Assembly: GCF_008831285.2 (NCBI RefSeq)
Contig: NC_045138.2
Span: 26,350,001 to 26,414,000, forward strand
Direction: 5' to 3'
Origin: Nymphaea colorata
Taxonomy: Eukaryota
DNA length: 64,000 bases
The notes beneath the pieces are model-generated. The model saw only the letters and a list, made by a program, of their open reading frames with translations, searched no databases and was not told the DNA's origin. A program made the position numbers and the translations under genes. Shown here piece by piece: positions 49,407 to 63,200 of the stretch. Every line of letters begins with the position of its first letter. The first letter of the stretch is position 1.

Positions 49407-52400
49407 TCAAAATTTATACACCATCTCCTGTGTGTACCCAAGCTCTTTAAGAAGTCCTGAAAGCTGCAAGGTAAAGCAAGTCGATTGATACTTTGACATG
49501 TACAATGCAAAGTGAGTGAAAAGGGGCATCAACTAAAATGAAAAAAGTGCAATTTCTTTTCCTGCGTTTAAGAGATAGGAAATTGAAGTATTTTACATAC
49601 TTCGCCTTGCGATCGATCTTTGGCCTTATCTCCTGATATGTGTTTCATCATTCCAGGAGGACCGCATACCTGAAATCAACATTGTCTTGCATGAAAAAAA
49701 AAAACTGAATGGACTTCCAAAAATATGTGTGGACAACCAAAATTAAGCAAACCAGTTTGTTCTAAAATTCATTGCTCATTCACAACCAATCAAGCTTGCT
49801 CATTGAAATAAATATGATAACTAGCTTTGCAACCAGTCAAGCTTGTTCATTGTGACAAATATGATAACTAGTCCACACACTTTTTCCATCCAATTAAATA
49901 AACATCCTTGCTTTTTTTTTTTTAATACTTCCATTTCGATAGCTTTGATTATGTGTATTTAGTGGACGTATTACTGGCAGTCTGGCATACTCCATCATGG
50001 GGAACATCCACCTGTAAGCAATCTGGTGGGACCTGCAGGTGGGGTGGAAACAAGAAATGCGAAGATCACAACCCTTTGCACTGGAGAATCCCTTTTAGAT
50101 CTTATCCGCTGTTCTATCAATTGTCCTATGATGTGTGCTTTGTTCTGATGAACCAAACAACCTCGTGTCCTTGAAATTTCAAAACTGATCTCATAAGGTA
50201 GCTGCTACTAGCTGTCATCATCTGATTGTAGAATCCACGATCCATGATTAGCAGTAGCCAAGTAATTTAGCTTAACTGGAAATTACTTTATGGCTTCTCC
50301 CTTAGTGACTTGTAGACCAATAACGGCATAATAACCTATGTTGTAGCTGAAGATAGTCCAAGAACATTAAAGAACTTACAAGCTACAGCAGAAGTTCAGA
50401 TTGGCTAAATGTACAACAACCTTTCTATGAGAAAATCAAAACACACTCTAAACAGCTGCAGTATATAATAATAACTACAAAGACATCCAATAGAAAAGTA
50501 AAAGGAAAAGCACCAACTAACTTTATATAATTGAAAGTATGGTAAACTGCTGTATTTGGAGTATGGACAAACTGCTTACCTATCAAACTGATGGTTAGGC
50601 TGAGAGAGCTCAGCAAAATTCAAGGTAGCTTATGGTCCAACTTCACCACTGAGTTCAATTTTTCAAGCTCCTATTCAGCTTTAATTATTTTCCTTGCTTT
50701 AAGGACATAGAAATTTTCCCATGTAACCTCGACATGTTTTTAGAACGAAATCATAACTATCATAATTAGGGGACAACCCCATTCTGTAACCTGTTCCTTT
50801 ACCTGATTCATGTTGTAGCAGTTTAACAGGACACTGTTAAGTGAAAGGTGAAAATAAGGTTCTTCCTACATTCGAGTGATGAAGATAAATGACACTGAAG
50901 GATTATGGACAAACAGGATAGACCCACCCTTCTAAAGACTGCCACAGAAAAAACCAATGTAGATATTGATAGTTTAATAAAAGATTAAGATTAGTGTACA
51001 TTGCTTAACTTGAAGTTTGAATGAGCAGGTCAATGGACTAAATTGGAACCTGTCATTATGTAGTTTAACATTAGTAGTTAACAGAAAGAAGGAAGATAAA
51101 CAAGCAAAGAACGAAACTCACAAGAATAAGAGTATCATCACTTGGGCAAGGCAATCCTTTCAATATCATCTCTTTTGATATGTAACCGGTGCCTCCTCTC
51201 CAGTTCTTGGATGGATTATCAACAGTGTAAAACACCTGCATTTTGTCAATGTGCAAGTGATTACACCAAACAAAATTCTAGGAAAACTTTTTTTTTTTAT
51301 GGAGGCTAAATCTCTGATAAACCAAAAAACCTTGAAATTGGGATGACTTGCTGAAAGCACATCCAGTTTCCTTTTTAACAATATATCATCTGGTGATATA
51401 TTTGCATAAATCAGAGAGACCTGAAACAACGTAATGGTATTAAAATCTTAGTCAAGTGAAAAAAGAAACAGGGCAGTCATTTGTGCATATGAATATCCAG
51501 AAAAGCCTCAGAAACGTCAGTGCAATGCCAATCCGACACAACAAGACTGAACTCGTTTTTTGAAAATTGAAACTAAAAAAGAGTAACATAAGCCAATGTA
51601 ATAAACAAATCCCTTAAAACAAGAGTTCAAACAGCAACTAGGTGTAAAAATATTCCACTCACCTGAGTGTTGTCAGCAGGATCTTTTAGAATAGCTTCAA
51701 TAATTTGTAGCATAGGAGTGATGCCTGTGCCACCTGCTATCTGAGGCAATGAAACAGAGTGACACACAATAGAAGTCAAGCAATGCCTACATATCAAGCT
51801 TGATGAATATTAATGTGTGGTTCAAGAGAAATTCAGGACAATGAAGGAAAAAGTTCATATCCATGTAACAAAATAATAGGCCTACCCAAACACGTTCGCT
51901 CCTAATAGAACTATATTTAAAGCTTCTACAGTATTTGCAAAAGAAAAAGTCTCAGTGTCTTGCTCTGGATGCTTTGCCATGAGTGTATGGTTAAACAGCT
52001 TAACCATACAAGCATCACATCTGGTGAAGCATTGGAATTTGCATCAGTAGCAAATTCACACCTTATCCTAAGAGTCCCAGCTTGCCTTTTTAGCTATGTA
52101 TTGGAAAAATGCCTTACCATGCCAATATGCCTTTTCATGTTAGGACTGTACCTGAGCTTCTCAATTGGCCTGACCATTAAAAATACAATTTCTAAGAACA
52201 AATAACTTATAATTTCCTTGTCAAGCATACAAGATCACACTGCTTACCCTTTCACTTCTACCAAATCTCCTGGTTCCAGACTAGCTAAATGTTTACTCAT
52301 TTTTCCTTCTGGATAAACCTGCATCAATTTATGGAAAACATCTGAGCCAAAAATGCAAAAGAAGTCACAGAAACTCGTGTATCTTTAGCTTGGACCAAAA

Positions 52401-53486
52401 GTACAGAAACGTTACAGAGTGGAAAAAAAAGTAACCAAGTCCAATGAAAATTTGTCACAGCATTACAAGTGATAATGCTCCACGAATCGCAGCTATCATA
52501 TGGATGCTGCCACAATGCCACAGTACCAAACATAAAAAGTATTGGCCACACAATCATAACCATGATGTATTAAACTCAAGTCGTATTTTAATATAAATTA
52601 TGTGCTGAAATTAAATTTGACGCAGTGATATCTAGAGATATAAATAAGTTGATAGTAGTATAGTGGATCTTAGAGATCAGACTTAGCATGTTTATGTTCA
52701 GTTGGATAAGCAGGCCAGACCCAAAGAGATGGTCCATCTATTAATCCATCTATTCGTAATTTTGTACAAACAAGAAATATATTGAACAAGTTCCTCATCA
52801 GCACGACATACCTTTACTAATAAATCAAAATATCCTTTAGCATCTGGATCTGAAATTGGAGTATACCTGAAATGTGGTACATAAGTCACAAAAACAATGA
52901 CAAACGTCTTATAGATGCTTATCACAACAGGATACGTTTTACAATTCTAATACTCTGTGAAACAAGATGGGACATGGTTTGAAAATGAATAATAATAATA
53001 AAGAGAACAACAAGAGAAACTAATTACAAAATTTTCAAAGAAAAAAAAAGAATGGTGATGCAAGTGGCATATGATTTTACTGAGAAAATAAACTTGATCG
53101 AGAGTGGTTTAGTCAAAATAAGATGCAGGTGGAGTTGCAAATAGGGTCCGCAATGCATTCCTTGACTTCCACTAGTTTCAGTTGTTTACAACAGTCACCA
53201 CTTTTAGTTACACATGAAAGATAATTAGCACACATTCTTTTCGCCTTTTGGGGTTCATCCTCAATCAGCAAAGGTCTCATGTCTGACATGAGAAAAATGT
53301 TAGAGTACAAATATATTATATTGGGCATGCTTTCAAGTTGAATACTTACGGGCGGATAACATATTTGACACTTCCTTCAGCGTCATTTCCAATTGGAGCC
53401 CTGCAATCAACATAGATCTTCTATACCATGATACAACCAACCAAGAAATAAAAAAGATGAATGAACATAAATTGCCACTTGCCAGT

Positions 53487-53530
<44 letters not shown>

Positions 53531-56500
53531 ATTTGCAGATTTCTCCATCAGGGTTTTGATGGAGAAATCCTCTGCTCACAGCATCCTGCCCGATGCGATG
53601 CATCAGCCAATGTGCTTAATGATTTAATCACATCCGCCCAGTGCATTGCATGGGGCGGGCTGTGATTAGACGGAGCTCAAGATAGCTGGATGATTTCAAT
53701 TCCTATACATGTGTGTGTGTGTGTGTGTTTGTGTAAATTTAACCTGTAAAGACATATTTATGTTTATCTATGTGTGTGTGTGTGCATGTATCTGTGTGAA
53801 ACAATGTAACTTTTGGAGATCAGGACAAACCTTGTAAGAATACATGAAGCCACATCAAGCCCCAACTTGACAGGAGGATCGAAGTGAAACCTATAATTTT
53901 GCAAAGATAGAGAAAACCAAGATTAAAACAGAGACTTCATTCCATCAATAACTATTCATGAAATTTAACTGGAGTTGCTAGCAATATGCAACATGTACCA
54001 TTGGTTTCCCCGATCCCCAATATGGATGCTTCATTTTGAACAAATTTAATTTAAGTTGAACAAATTTAATTCATGTCCTCTTATCATCCATTCTGATCAG
54101 TTTCCATTCAAGTGCCCTCATTCTTTCTCCAATTTGCTTCTTGTCTCTTTCATTCTCCCAGTTACCTAGTCCTTACCCCATCAAAGAAAATGAAAATGAT
54201 AAAGTTTTGAATTTGAACCTCCACTCTTCTATAGATGAATAATCATCACATAAGTTCATGTAGAAGATTCAACTGAAGTTGTGTGACAGTTTAAAAAACT
54301 TACTACCATATTTAAATTAGCAAGATGATGAATTAGAAATGTAAGCATACATGCAAATAGAACTCCAATGATACAGTCAAGAAAAAGAAACTTAGCCCCA
54401 GAATATTTCACCTGAACAAGTATGTGTTGTGGTTAACACTCACTTTTTCCTGCAGTTCAAATTTGATCCACTTTTCAGGGTTGAGGGCTGAAAATTTAAA
54501 AACAAAGGAGAAAAAAAGACATCATTGCTCTAGAAAATAAAAGAAGAATACATAGCTACTCTAGATATTGCTATAAAGATAATTTGAAGTCCAAAACATG
54601 ACAGAACCTAAAAGACAGGTTTTGACGAACATCCTGGTTGTGAGTTAGGCAAGCAATGAAACTACGCATACTTTTCCTAGCTGTTTTATTGCTTTCTTCT
54701 TAGTTTTGCTTTTACCATTTTGCAGATTTACTCTATGTTATTAAGGCCTCATCTAGGCATGGACTAAGCGTGAGTCCACACCCTTACTAAAGTCCACCAC
54801 TTAGGCGACAGGATATGTGATGGCACCTAAGCTCGTCTAGGCTGGCCTAGGAGCCAACATGCCTAGTCCATGAGAAAGTGAAAAGTCGCATTCTCTTTCA
54901 ATTAAAGTTTCTTAATTGAGTATACATTGTTATGTACTTTATTTTGTATTGATTGCTTATTTTAATGTGTTGTTATGTTGTTATGCTGTTATATGTAATA
55001 CTGTTATATGTATATATTGTTAGTCAGTTAGTCTGTTATATAGCATTGTGATACCTCATACCTGTTACATGCATATATTAGTATGGTAACTATGGGTATG
55101 TTACGTACTCATATCATATAGTTATATGTATTGTTAATTTGTTATACCTGTTATAAACTTGTATGTATATCTATATGTTAAGTTGTATTGTAATACAATT
55201 TGTTATTCCTGCTACAACTATTGTAATACGTGTTATATGTATATACTGTTATGTACAGTCTGTTATACCTGTTATATAGTATTGCATCAACCTATATGTA
55301 TATACTGTTAGCATGTTAGATAGTATGTAGTATTGTGATACTCATACCTGTTATATGTATATGTTAGTATGGTTATGTACTTACATGTATTATTACTATT
55401 GTGTACTTATATGTATACTATTATGTATGGTTAGTCCTTTTAATTATATTATGTCTTTCTTTAAGTATAGATGGATTAAAGCCTTCTTGTGGATTTGTAT
55501 TCCTTCTTCTAGAGATTAGATTTTTTTTTTCTATGTTATTAAGGCCTCATCTAGGCATGGACTAAGCATTTACTAAAGTCCACCACTTAGGCGACAGGAT
55601 ATGTGATGGCGCCTAAGCTCGTCTAGGCTGGCCTAGGAGCCAACATGCCTAGTCCATGAGAAAGTGAAAAGTCGCATTCTCTTTCAATTAAAGCTTCTTA
55701 ATTGAGTATACATTGTTATGTACTTTATTTTGTATTGATTGCTTATTTTAATGTGTTGTTATGTTGATTATGCTGTTATATGTAATACTGTTATATGTAT
55801 ATATTGTTAGATAGTATGTAGTATTGTGATACTCATACCTGTCATATGTATATGTTAGTATGGTTATGTACTTACATGTATTATTACTATTGTGTACTTA
55901 TATGTATGCTATTATGTATTGTTAGTCCTTTTAATTATATTATGTCTTTCTTTAAGTATAGATGGATTAAAGCCTTCTTGTGGATTTATATTCCCTCTTC
56001 TAGAGATTAGATTTTCTTTTTCTTGTATTAGATTACATTTAATAAGTATTTTTAAACTTCTTCTATTGATTACGCATATTCAATGAAGTCAAAAATTAAT
56101 TTTTTATTGTTTAAGTTTATTATGCTTGTTATATTACTACTCTCCACATTTCAAATATTAGTAATAGTTAATCAAAATAACTTGGCATATTAACATAAAT
56201 AAAAAATAAAAAAATGGTCGCCTTTTTTGCCTAGGCCTGCCTAGGCGCTAGGCTATACCTGGTGCCCAGGCGCTTGACAACATAGGATTTACTATATGTA
56301 ACGAAAACATCATAACAAAACCCAAAATGCCTTGGCCAAGTCAACAAGGACTCTCCTCATTGAAAGGCATATGAATGATGAATCTACACAAACAAGAGCA
56401 AGAAATAGGAGCCACATTTCAATTTATGATGGACCAGTATGACAAGGAGCGGAGGGAGGGGGGGGGGGTCACCTAGGCCGTGGCCCGCCCCGAACTAGCT

Positions 56501-58315
56501 GGAAAAAAAAAATTACATTAGAAAAATAAAAAAAAATAGTTATTCAATGTATTCTTTTTACTTAGGTTCAGTTTGGCCCTACCCAAATTTGAGGTTGGAT
56601 TATTTGGCCCGTCCCTAAACGAAATCCTGGCTCCGCCCCTGAGTATGACCACACGCATCAAATTCAATTAACTAATATATTTTGACCCAGCATGAAGCAA
56701 TCAATCTTGACAATCAAAAGCTGGAAGCTTGCAACTAATATTCATTTCCTAGGCTATAAAATACAGATACTTGCATACCTATTGAATTGTCTCCTAATGA
56801 ATAATTTGATCATAGTTCAGTTCAGCATACTCTACAGGCATGAGATGAAAGAAAACCATAAATCATTACCTACATCCCTTGCTGTTTCATCTGGTTGTTG
56901 GTCTAGAAGAACCTGCAGAAAAATAATATCACTTCAATTAAGCACATGAACATAAGGAAGGCCACTTATTAGTATGGGCAAATAATAGATACAGTAGTAC
57001 AGACCATGCTACTATCCTCGTAGAAAAAAAACATATGCAACATCAAATAATTAGACTAACAGAAGAGTAAAATTTGCCTGACCTAAGCAAGTACACTTCC
57101 TTGTGCATAAGAACTATTCTGTGAAGGTCGCTTCATTAGTATGGGCCAAATAAGACAATGTAGCAGTACAAGCTGTATATTCTCGTAGGAAATACTCAAC
57201 ATGAACAAGTAGACAAACAGACTCTCTAGTAGGCACATTCCACTAAATTATAAATTTTCCTCCATTGGGATAATCGCATGGCATCAAAGCTGCCGGATCT
57301 TAGCAAGTATACTTCCTTTTCTAAAGGAGCTATTCTCCCGAATCTTGATACTGTAGGCGAAATGAGATATCTTGATGCATTCACAATTGCTTACTGACCA
57401 TTCACCAATTTGTCCGTCACATCATCTACCTCAGAGAATTGTAGCTTTATTTTGTCTACTCAGTCCATATTCTAGGTCAACCTATGCATCAACTGGGAAA
57501 GGAAGACACTATTCTATTCGATTCTTTGTGACCTTAAAGCAGATAGCGGAGAAAATATTCTACGATCACCTGATAGCGTCCTATCGTTTTTCACTCCTTT
57601 TCTTGTTCATAAGAGAGTATACGGCTATCAAGTCCCACTAACTTGTCTTTAAAAAAATACGATATTACACTTTATTAAAGAAGAAGTGATGTATAACTTC
57701 TGGATTATCAGCCTAAGCATTTATCAATGGACGAAATGTACATATGATCAATTAAGAGAAACCCGATAATCTTGGAGGCAATTCAGGATTCTTGTTTTCC
57801 TTTTCCTGACAAAATTCTTGCCACTCTCGGGATTGGAACCTGTGTCTAAGGATTGCCGAAGTGGACAGGCGGCTTAACTTAGAAATCTACATCGACAATG
57901 TACCGTTCCTATTTTATCGGATGTCTCCGAAGAGCCCTAGCAAAACACATCAAAAATGAAAAAAACATTGCAAATATACCGTAACTAAGTGGGCGTTTCA
58001 GGAATCCCGTGACATGTAAGATTTCGATACGAGAAATACCAAATAATAAAACGCCAGAAAATTGGAAAACGGTGGGGATGATATAACCGGCCAGCCTACC
58101 TGTCCCGTGGAGCCATAGCTGTAGAAATAGGCGGTTCCGCCACAGGCGGCGGCGAAGATTCCAAAAGGAAATGACAATCTACGATGGTTGGCGGAAGAAG
58201 AAGAAGAAGAAGACGACGCAGACGTCGTAAAATGCGAGGTGGCGGCGGCTCTGAATGAGCTTCTCAGCGCCGCGGGAGCGATTGTGGCTAGTCTTCTGCT
58301 CAGTAGAGAAGCCAT
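49407..58315 (-). CDS. CBR2: NADH-cytochrome b5 reductase-like protein, mitochondrial (CBR2-type), about 343 aa
   Basis: 13 exons: 58315-58100, 56912-56870, 54487-54412, 53890-53831, 53400-53350, 52866-52812, 52318-52248, 52169-52118, 51740-51663, 51420-51331, 51235-51122, 49669-49601, 49463-49407 (1032 nt). FAD motifs RPYTPIS and [11 protein letters not shown] motifs AGGTGITPM and VCGPPGMM, terminal VYKF; presequence [10 protein letters not shown]. Confidence 0.93.
49783..49872. repeat. 47-bp tandem duplication in a CBR2 intron
   Basis: CAACCA(A/G)TCAAGCTTG(C/T)TCATTG..AAATATGATAACTAG occurs twice. Confidence 0.8.
53489..53730. mobile_element. Structured insert of about 175 bp between (TA)n and (TG)n; probable microsatellite-associated MITE
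   Basis: (TA)~20 at 53489-53528; perfect 13-bp hairpin GATTTCTCCATCA / TGATGGAGAAATC; imperfect inverted repeat TCACAGC..GCTGTGA; ends TAGGAT..TTCCTA. Confidence 0.55.
54733..56285. mobile_element. Non-autonomous hAT element with a tandemly duplicated left part, in CBR2 intron 2
   Basis: Perfect 8-bp TSD GATTTACT (54725-54732 and 56286-56293); TIRs CTATGTTATTAAG / CTTGACAACATAG; subterminal CTAGGC motifs; the left portion restarts at 55531. Confidence 0.9.
56444..56641. mobile_element. 198-bp hAT-type MITE in CBR2 intron 2
   Basis: Perfect 8-bp TSD AGTATGAC (56436-56443 and 56642-56649); imperfect TIRs AAGGAGCGGAG / CTCCGCCCCTG. Confidence 0.85.
56957..57337. repeat. Diverged tandem duplication in CBR2 intron 1
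   Basis: GAAGG..ATTAGTATGGGC..CTCGTAG..AGCAAGTA(C/T)ACTTCCTT..CTATTCT occurs twice (about 56957 and 57123). Confidence 0.7.
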
Positions 58316-60130
58316 TCTTCTCCTTCGCTTCGCTTCGCTTCGATCTGGAAATGAAGATCGAGAGTGAGATCATTGATCTGAGAGGTCCATCAGGACAAAA
58401 AGGCTCCCACCACCACGGAGTCGTGTAGGTCAGGCTGCGGCTGATCCGAACCAAGGTGGACTCCAAAATCCAATAAATTCATTTAAACAATGGGTCGATT
58501 TCTCTTAGATCCAATACTGTCATATGCACTACACTTGATATTGGTGAACCTTAGCCAAAAGGTTGAAAAAGGTAGGCACAGAGGCTTATGGTTATTTGAT
58601 CAAAGTGGATCAAAGGGGTTTGGTTTATATGTATACGATAAAATATGTATATATGATGTAGATGCACGCTTGCTCGCTATTTCGGCATCGATTTTGTTGT
58701 CTAAGACAGTGGGAACTGGGTCTTGGTTTCTGAAATGCATCGATCGATTTAAATATATGTTTTTTCTAATGTTTCATAGCAGTCAATACAGTTTCATGTC
58801 ACAAAAGCCCAACCCATAATACGTTGTGACAGTCACCAATCTATTTAAACTAACTATTTGGTTAATATATTATAAAAAAAAAAAAATCGAAAGCGGCAAT
58901 CCAAATTGTATATTATCCTTTAAACTGATCATATTTTAAATTAAGTTTTCGTGTTTCAAATAAATGTATGAGAGAGTGACATGTTTGTTGGATGAACATT
59001 AAATAGTGATAGTGTAACACTTTAGTTGACAGGTGCACCATGAGTATGTCTAAGTCTTGAAACAACCCTAAATAAATTTCGAGAGTGGGAAGAATAAAAG
59101 AAAGTTTTGACCGTATCGAAGTATGTCACCAAACACAAAAAATAGTTCAAAAAGGCTCCTTATAAAGCTTATATTTTACAAAGCTAAGTTGCAAAAGCAT
59201 GTTTTTGAGATCATCATCTAAACGTCCAAAATAACATTATTGGAGTGTTTTAGGCGACATCAAAATTGAGCTTGAAAAGAAAAAACAAAATGAGAGTGAA
59301 TAATCTACCCCATGAAATGAAATGACACATTAGATGACATTTTTCTTTATTCAGACTATTTGTTTATTAATTTAGATTTACTTTGGTAAGTTAGGTCTAC
59401 GTACTCACCTTACGAGAGACAAAAGCATAAAGTGTTGACTTTCTTGTTATTTAAATAATTAAAAAAGTTGCACATAAAAGGCTAAATCATCCATAATTTT
59501 TTTTTATTCATGTTAAACGATTTGAGAAAATCCCCATGACCTTAGACACAAATATATGTCAATTACTTTGAGAAAAATATAACAAAAACATGCATAAGCT
59601 TCACACATAACATTCTTGTAGACTTTTTTCATATTTAAACATTTTTACAACAACAAAGAACAAAAGATCCAGACATTACCCTTCTAAACAACACACCGCA
59701 TTGAAATGAGAAATATATCAGTAAACAGAGGCTGCTGCCACTTTGATTTTATTAATTATGGACTTCATTTTTTTATGTGCAATATGAAATCAGTGAAGCA
59801 TGCATTGAGAGAAAAAGAAAGAAAGAAAGATGATCTCAATCCAATTCCTCTTAAAATCAAACACGACTCAAACAAGTCACCCCTGGAAATGATTCGGATC
59901 CAATACGAGGGTTTGCCAACTGCTGTTTTTCCACTGCACCAGATATGTTTCTCAAACTCATGAACGGTCTCGAACCCGATCCGTTTTCATTAGGGCGTGG
60001 CGGCTGAGGGTCAACCTTCTGAGCAAAGGAGGAGGAAAAGGCGGGCACTGGGGAAATGGGTTATGGAGGAACCCATTGCTCATCATTCTTGTTCTTTGTA
60101 GTACTACCATTGGGTGCGAGGTGACGCCTA

Positions 60131-60140
60131 CCCACGTGGC
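60131..60140 (+). promoter_or_regulatory. G-box/ABRE (CCACGTGGC) ahead of a CT-rich leader
   Basis: CCCACGTGGC immediately upstream of the (CT)n tract at 60150-60200. Confidence 0.5.
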
Positions 60141-60149
60141 GTTGCAGAA

Positions 60150-60267
60150 TCTCTCTCTCTCTCTCTCTTCCTATCTCTATCTACCCTCTCTTCTCCCTCT
60201 GCGCGCGTGTGTGTGTCTGTAGAGCTGCGGCAGCACCCAACAAGAAATCGGAATTCCATGGCTTCAA
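60150..60267 (+). other. Probable first exon of an unidentified + strand gene that runs past the right edge
   Basis: CT-rich leader, then CCATGG-context ATG GCT TCA A followed by GTAAG. T-rich intron-like sequence follows; candidate acceptor TTTGCAG at 63899. Confidence 0.45.
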
Positions 60268-63200
60268 GTAAGCGGAAATTGCCACTATGTGTCTTCTTGA
60301 TCCTCATCCTGTTGTTCTCTCTCTTATTCATGGATTTTATATCTACCATCATATTGAAGTATGCAGTTTTCGCGGTTTGGCTTAAATCTACGCGATTGTT
60401 GGTTGCTCCAGTATGTTTTTCCTTATTGAGACGCAGTGCTGTTGGTTGAATTCGACGATGGGAATAATATTTTTTTGCTTTTCAATTATTCTGTCATGCT
60501 TAAAGCCCATCTAAGTTCATTATGAAGATCGAGTTCGGAACCATCCAACTCCGTTATGAAGATGAAGGCCATTTCTGTATGCTTGCAAACATTTACCAGA
60601 TTATGTAAAGAGAAACTCCCCAGTTATTGATCTCTTAGCCTCCTTCAACTCGAAGTTCTTAAGCTTATGCCCACGTAATCTCAGTAGGTGGGAGCGGGAC
60701 TCTTTTCAATCGAGTTGTTATTCGTGAAAATCTGCTTTCCCGGCTGCAAGTTAGAAGGTGGCCCAATGGTACTTATGGCCTAGCCAAGACGTTCCAATAT
60801 TTAATCCTTTCCGGTGGCGTTCTTGATGCTGGCTCCGATGGATTGACACCTACATCTTCTTTCCTTTATGATTGTGGAATAACTGAAAATAAGTCCAGCC
60901 TTAAATATAAGATTTTTATGGAATCAGCTCAAGCAAGTGGTGCTTCTTAGGCCGATGGCAATGATAGCTCAAGCATCTGAGTTTTTTTTAAGTCGTTTCA
61001 CTTTTGAAAGCCATTAAAGATGTAGTCTTGTGGATAGGGAAAGCTTTCTCACTTTTTTGCGGTGTGCAAGTTTTTAATCTTCATACGTGTCTCGTTTTGT
61101 GCGTGCGTTCCTTTTCTTGTTCTTACATGTTGCGTTATCGTTTCATTAATCTCTTTCTTCATTAGGATCTATATATTTTAGTAAGAACTTGCGATTAGAG
61201 TACAATGAAGATATTAATGGTTGCTGAGGATACTAATGTCATGGTAGTTTGATACAGCTTTCTCTGCCTGCAGATACCTTGGGAATTTCTTCAAATGTCA
61301 GATTCTCCAGCTTTTACTTTGATAACCACAAAGTATCTAATAATTGTGAGCTAGGAATGTTGAGCACAAGGAGGACTTGGGTAAAACCTAAACCACTATG
61401 TTTAACAGGTCAGATATTGCATAAAAACCTTTGATTTTTAAAGTGCTAGCATAATTATCATATTTTAGTTTGTATGCATTTAATGGCAAGAAGGTGCCTT
61501 AAACACAGAACAGATAGTTGTTTCATTTGTAGTTTGTACACTGCATGACCTGCTTTATTTTTATGTAATGGTACTAAATCCTAAGTTAATTTGGATTGAA
61601 TGGACATTTTCTTTTCTATGTTAGTGCAAAGCGACTCTTAGTCTCAAAAGTTGAGTGGATTATATTATACTAGTTTGGCCTTGCTAACAGTGGCAAGGCC
61701 AAAATTCCAAATTATTCATTGATGGAAACAGCACATGATTGACTAACATTTGAGACAGCTGTCTGTACTTTTACGGTTTTACCTATGTGTTGACTTTGAA
61801 GTTTGAACTAGTTGGTGTATTAAAAATTTAAAAGTTCTTTTGAACATCCAGAATGTTACCATTCTACTAAAAGTAGCCTGCTAAGATAATAATATCAATA
61901 AACACGTTACTTTCTAGACCAAACTGTAAACTTGCTTTCAATTGAACAATCATGTAGGCATGGATGATGAAGCCTCTATATGGAACTTGCAGGCTTGGTT
62001 CATCAGCTGTTGCTTTTGCTGTTTGATGTATGTTCCTGAGCGTTTAATTTACTAGAAGAACTGGTGAAAGTAAGCCGGCCGTGAACTGAAAAGTCCTTAA
62101 TTTCTTGGCTGCTGTTATGACGAACTTCGTTCTCTTTTGCAGATTCCTACACGGAATTTGTTTTAGCCTTTTTTTTTGCCTAACCTGTGAAGGCTTTAAA
62201 TTTAAACTGAGATAGAGATAATTTTGGTACGAAGGGTTAAAGAGTTATAAAAGCTTGTTCCCTTTGAGATAGTGATTGCTGAGGACCGGACAGCAGTACA
62301 GCCTTAGCAGAAAAGCAGAAAGCTTGAAGGGAGGATAAGTTGGCAGTCCATCTTGTATTACTGGGGGACATTTTATTATTTACACACTTAGTCAGAGCAT
62401 CACAAGAATTCATAACTGTCTTTAACTTTTATTTGATTGAGCTGCCTGTAGTTTTGACCATCATTATTTTCATAGGAAGATGATCACTCTTCATCCACCA
62501 TTGTTGTTTGCAACAGGCTTTTTTTTTCCCACTTTCCAGGAAGCATTCATTTTTTCTTCAGGAGTCCCAGTATTTCTTCAATCTTTTGAATGATAGAGAT
62601 TGCTCTCTCTTTCTTCTCTCTGTGTATTCTGTTCTCTGTGGATAATATATCTTTTGTTGTGACATGCAGTAGCAAAGGCATCCAAAGAAGTTGTGGAGAT
62701 AAAACCTCATAAAAAGGAAAAATTGATGTTTCCAAGTTCGTCAGAGGTATGTTTCAACTTTTGCTTTGGTTTCCCCTTTCTGACTATTTACTTGTTGCAG
62801 CTGTTCCTGAAGCAATGTATTTTTATTTGAATTTGAAGGAGATGGAGCTTATAACTATTACATGTCCCAGAGTATGTTACAAAAATTAGAAGACACATCC
62901 AGGAAGTGATATTGAATTAGACAAGAAATAAATGAAACGACATTATAAAGAAGGAAACAGGATGCAAATGAGAATGAGAATATGATGTGGATCAGAAAGA
63001 AAAAACTTATATTTTTTGGATTCGATATTGCTATGTATCATGATCATGTCCTCAAGGCTCAAGGATGCATTTAGATAGGGTCACCATAAATTTAAAAGAA
63101 GTGATATTCATTGAATATATAAGTGGCAAGAAGTAACAATAATATAATATACTGATTAGTTTACATTGCCAGTCCAAGCAAGTCCAGAAAAGGCTGTCTC

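Noticed and set aside
1622..58315. Apparent cluster of organelle-targeted genes (RBD1, RUG3, OCP3, CBR2)
   Set aside because: Different organelles and pathways, interspersed with unrelated genes; such genes are common enough for chance co-location.
59857..60110. Short minus-strand ORFs of 50-63 aa
   Set aside because: No recognisable motif or splice structure; consistent with promoter DNA.
60114..60449. Hydrophobic 111-aa ORF
   Set aside because: Non-ATG start; it runs through a (CT)n tract and a strong GTAAG donor, and the hydrophobicity is explained by T-rich intron sequence.
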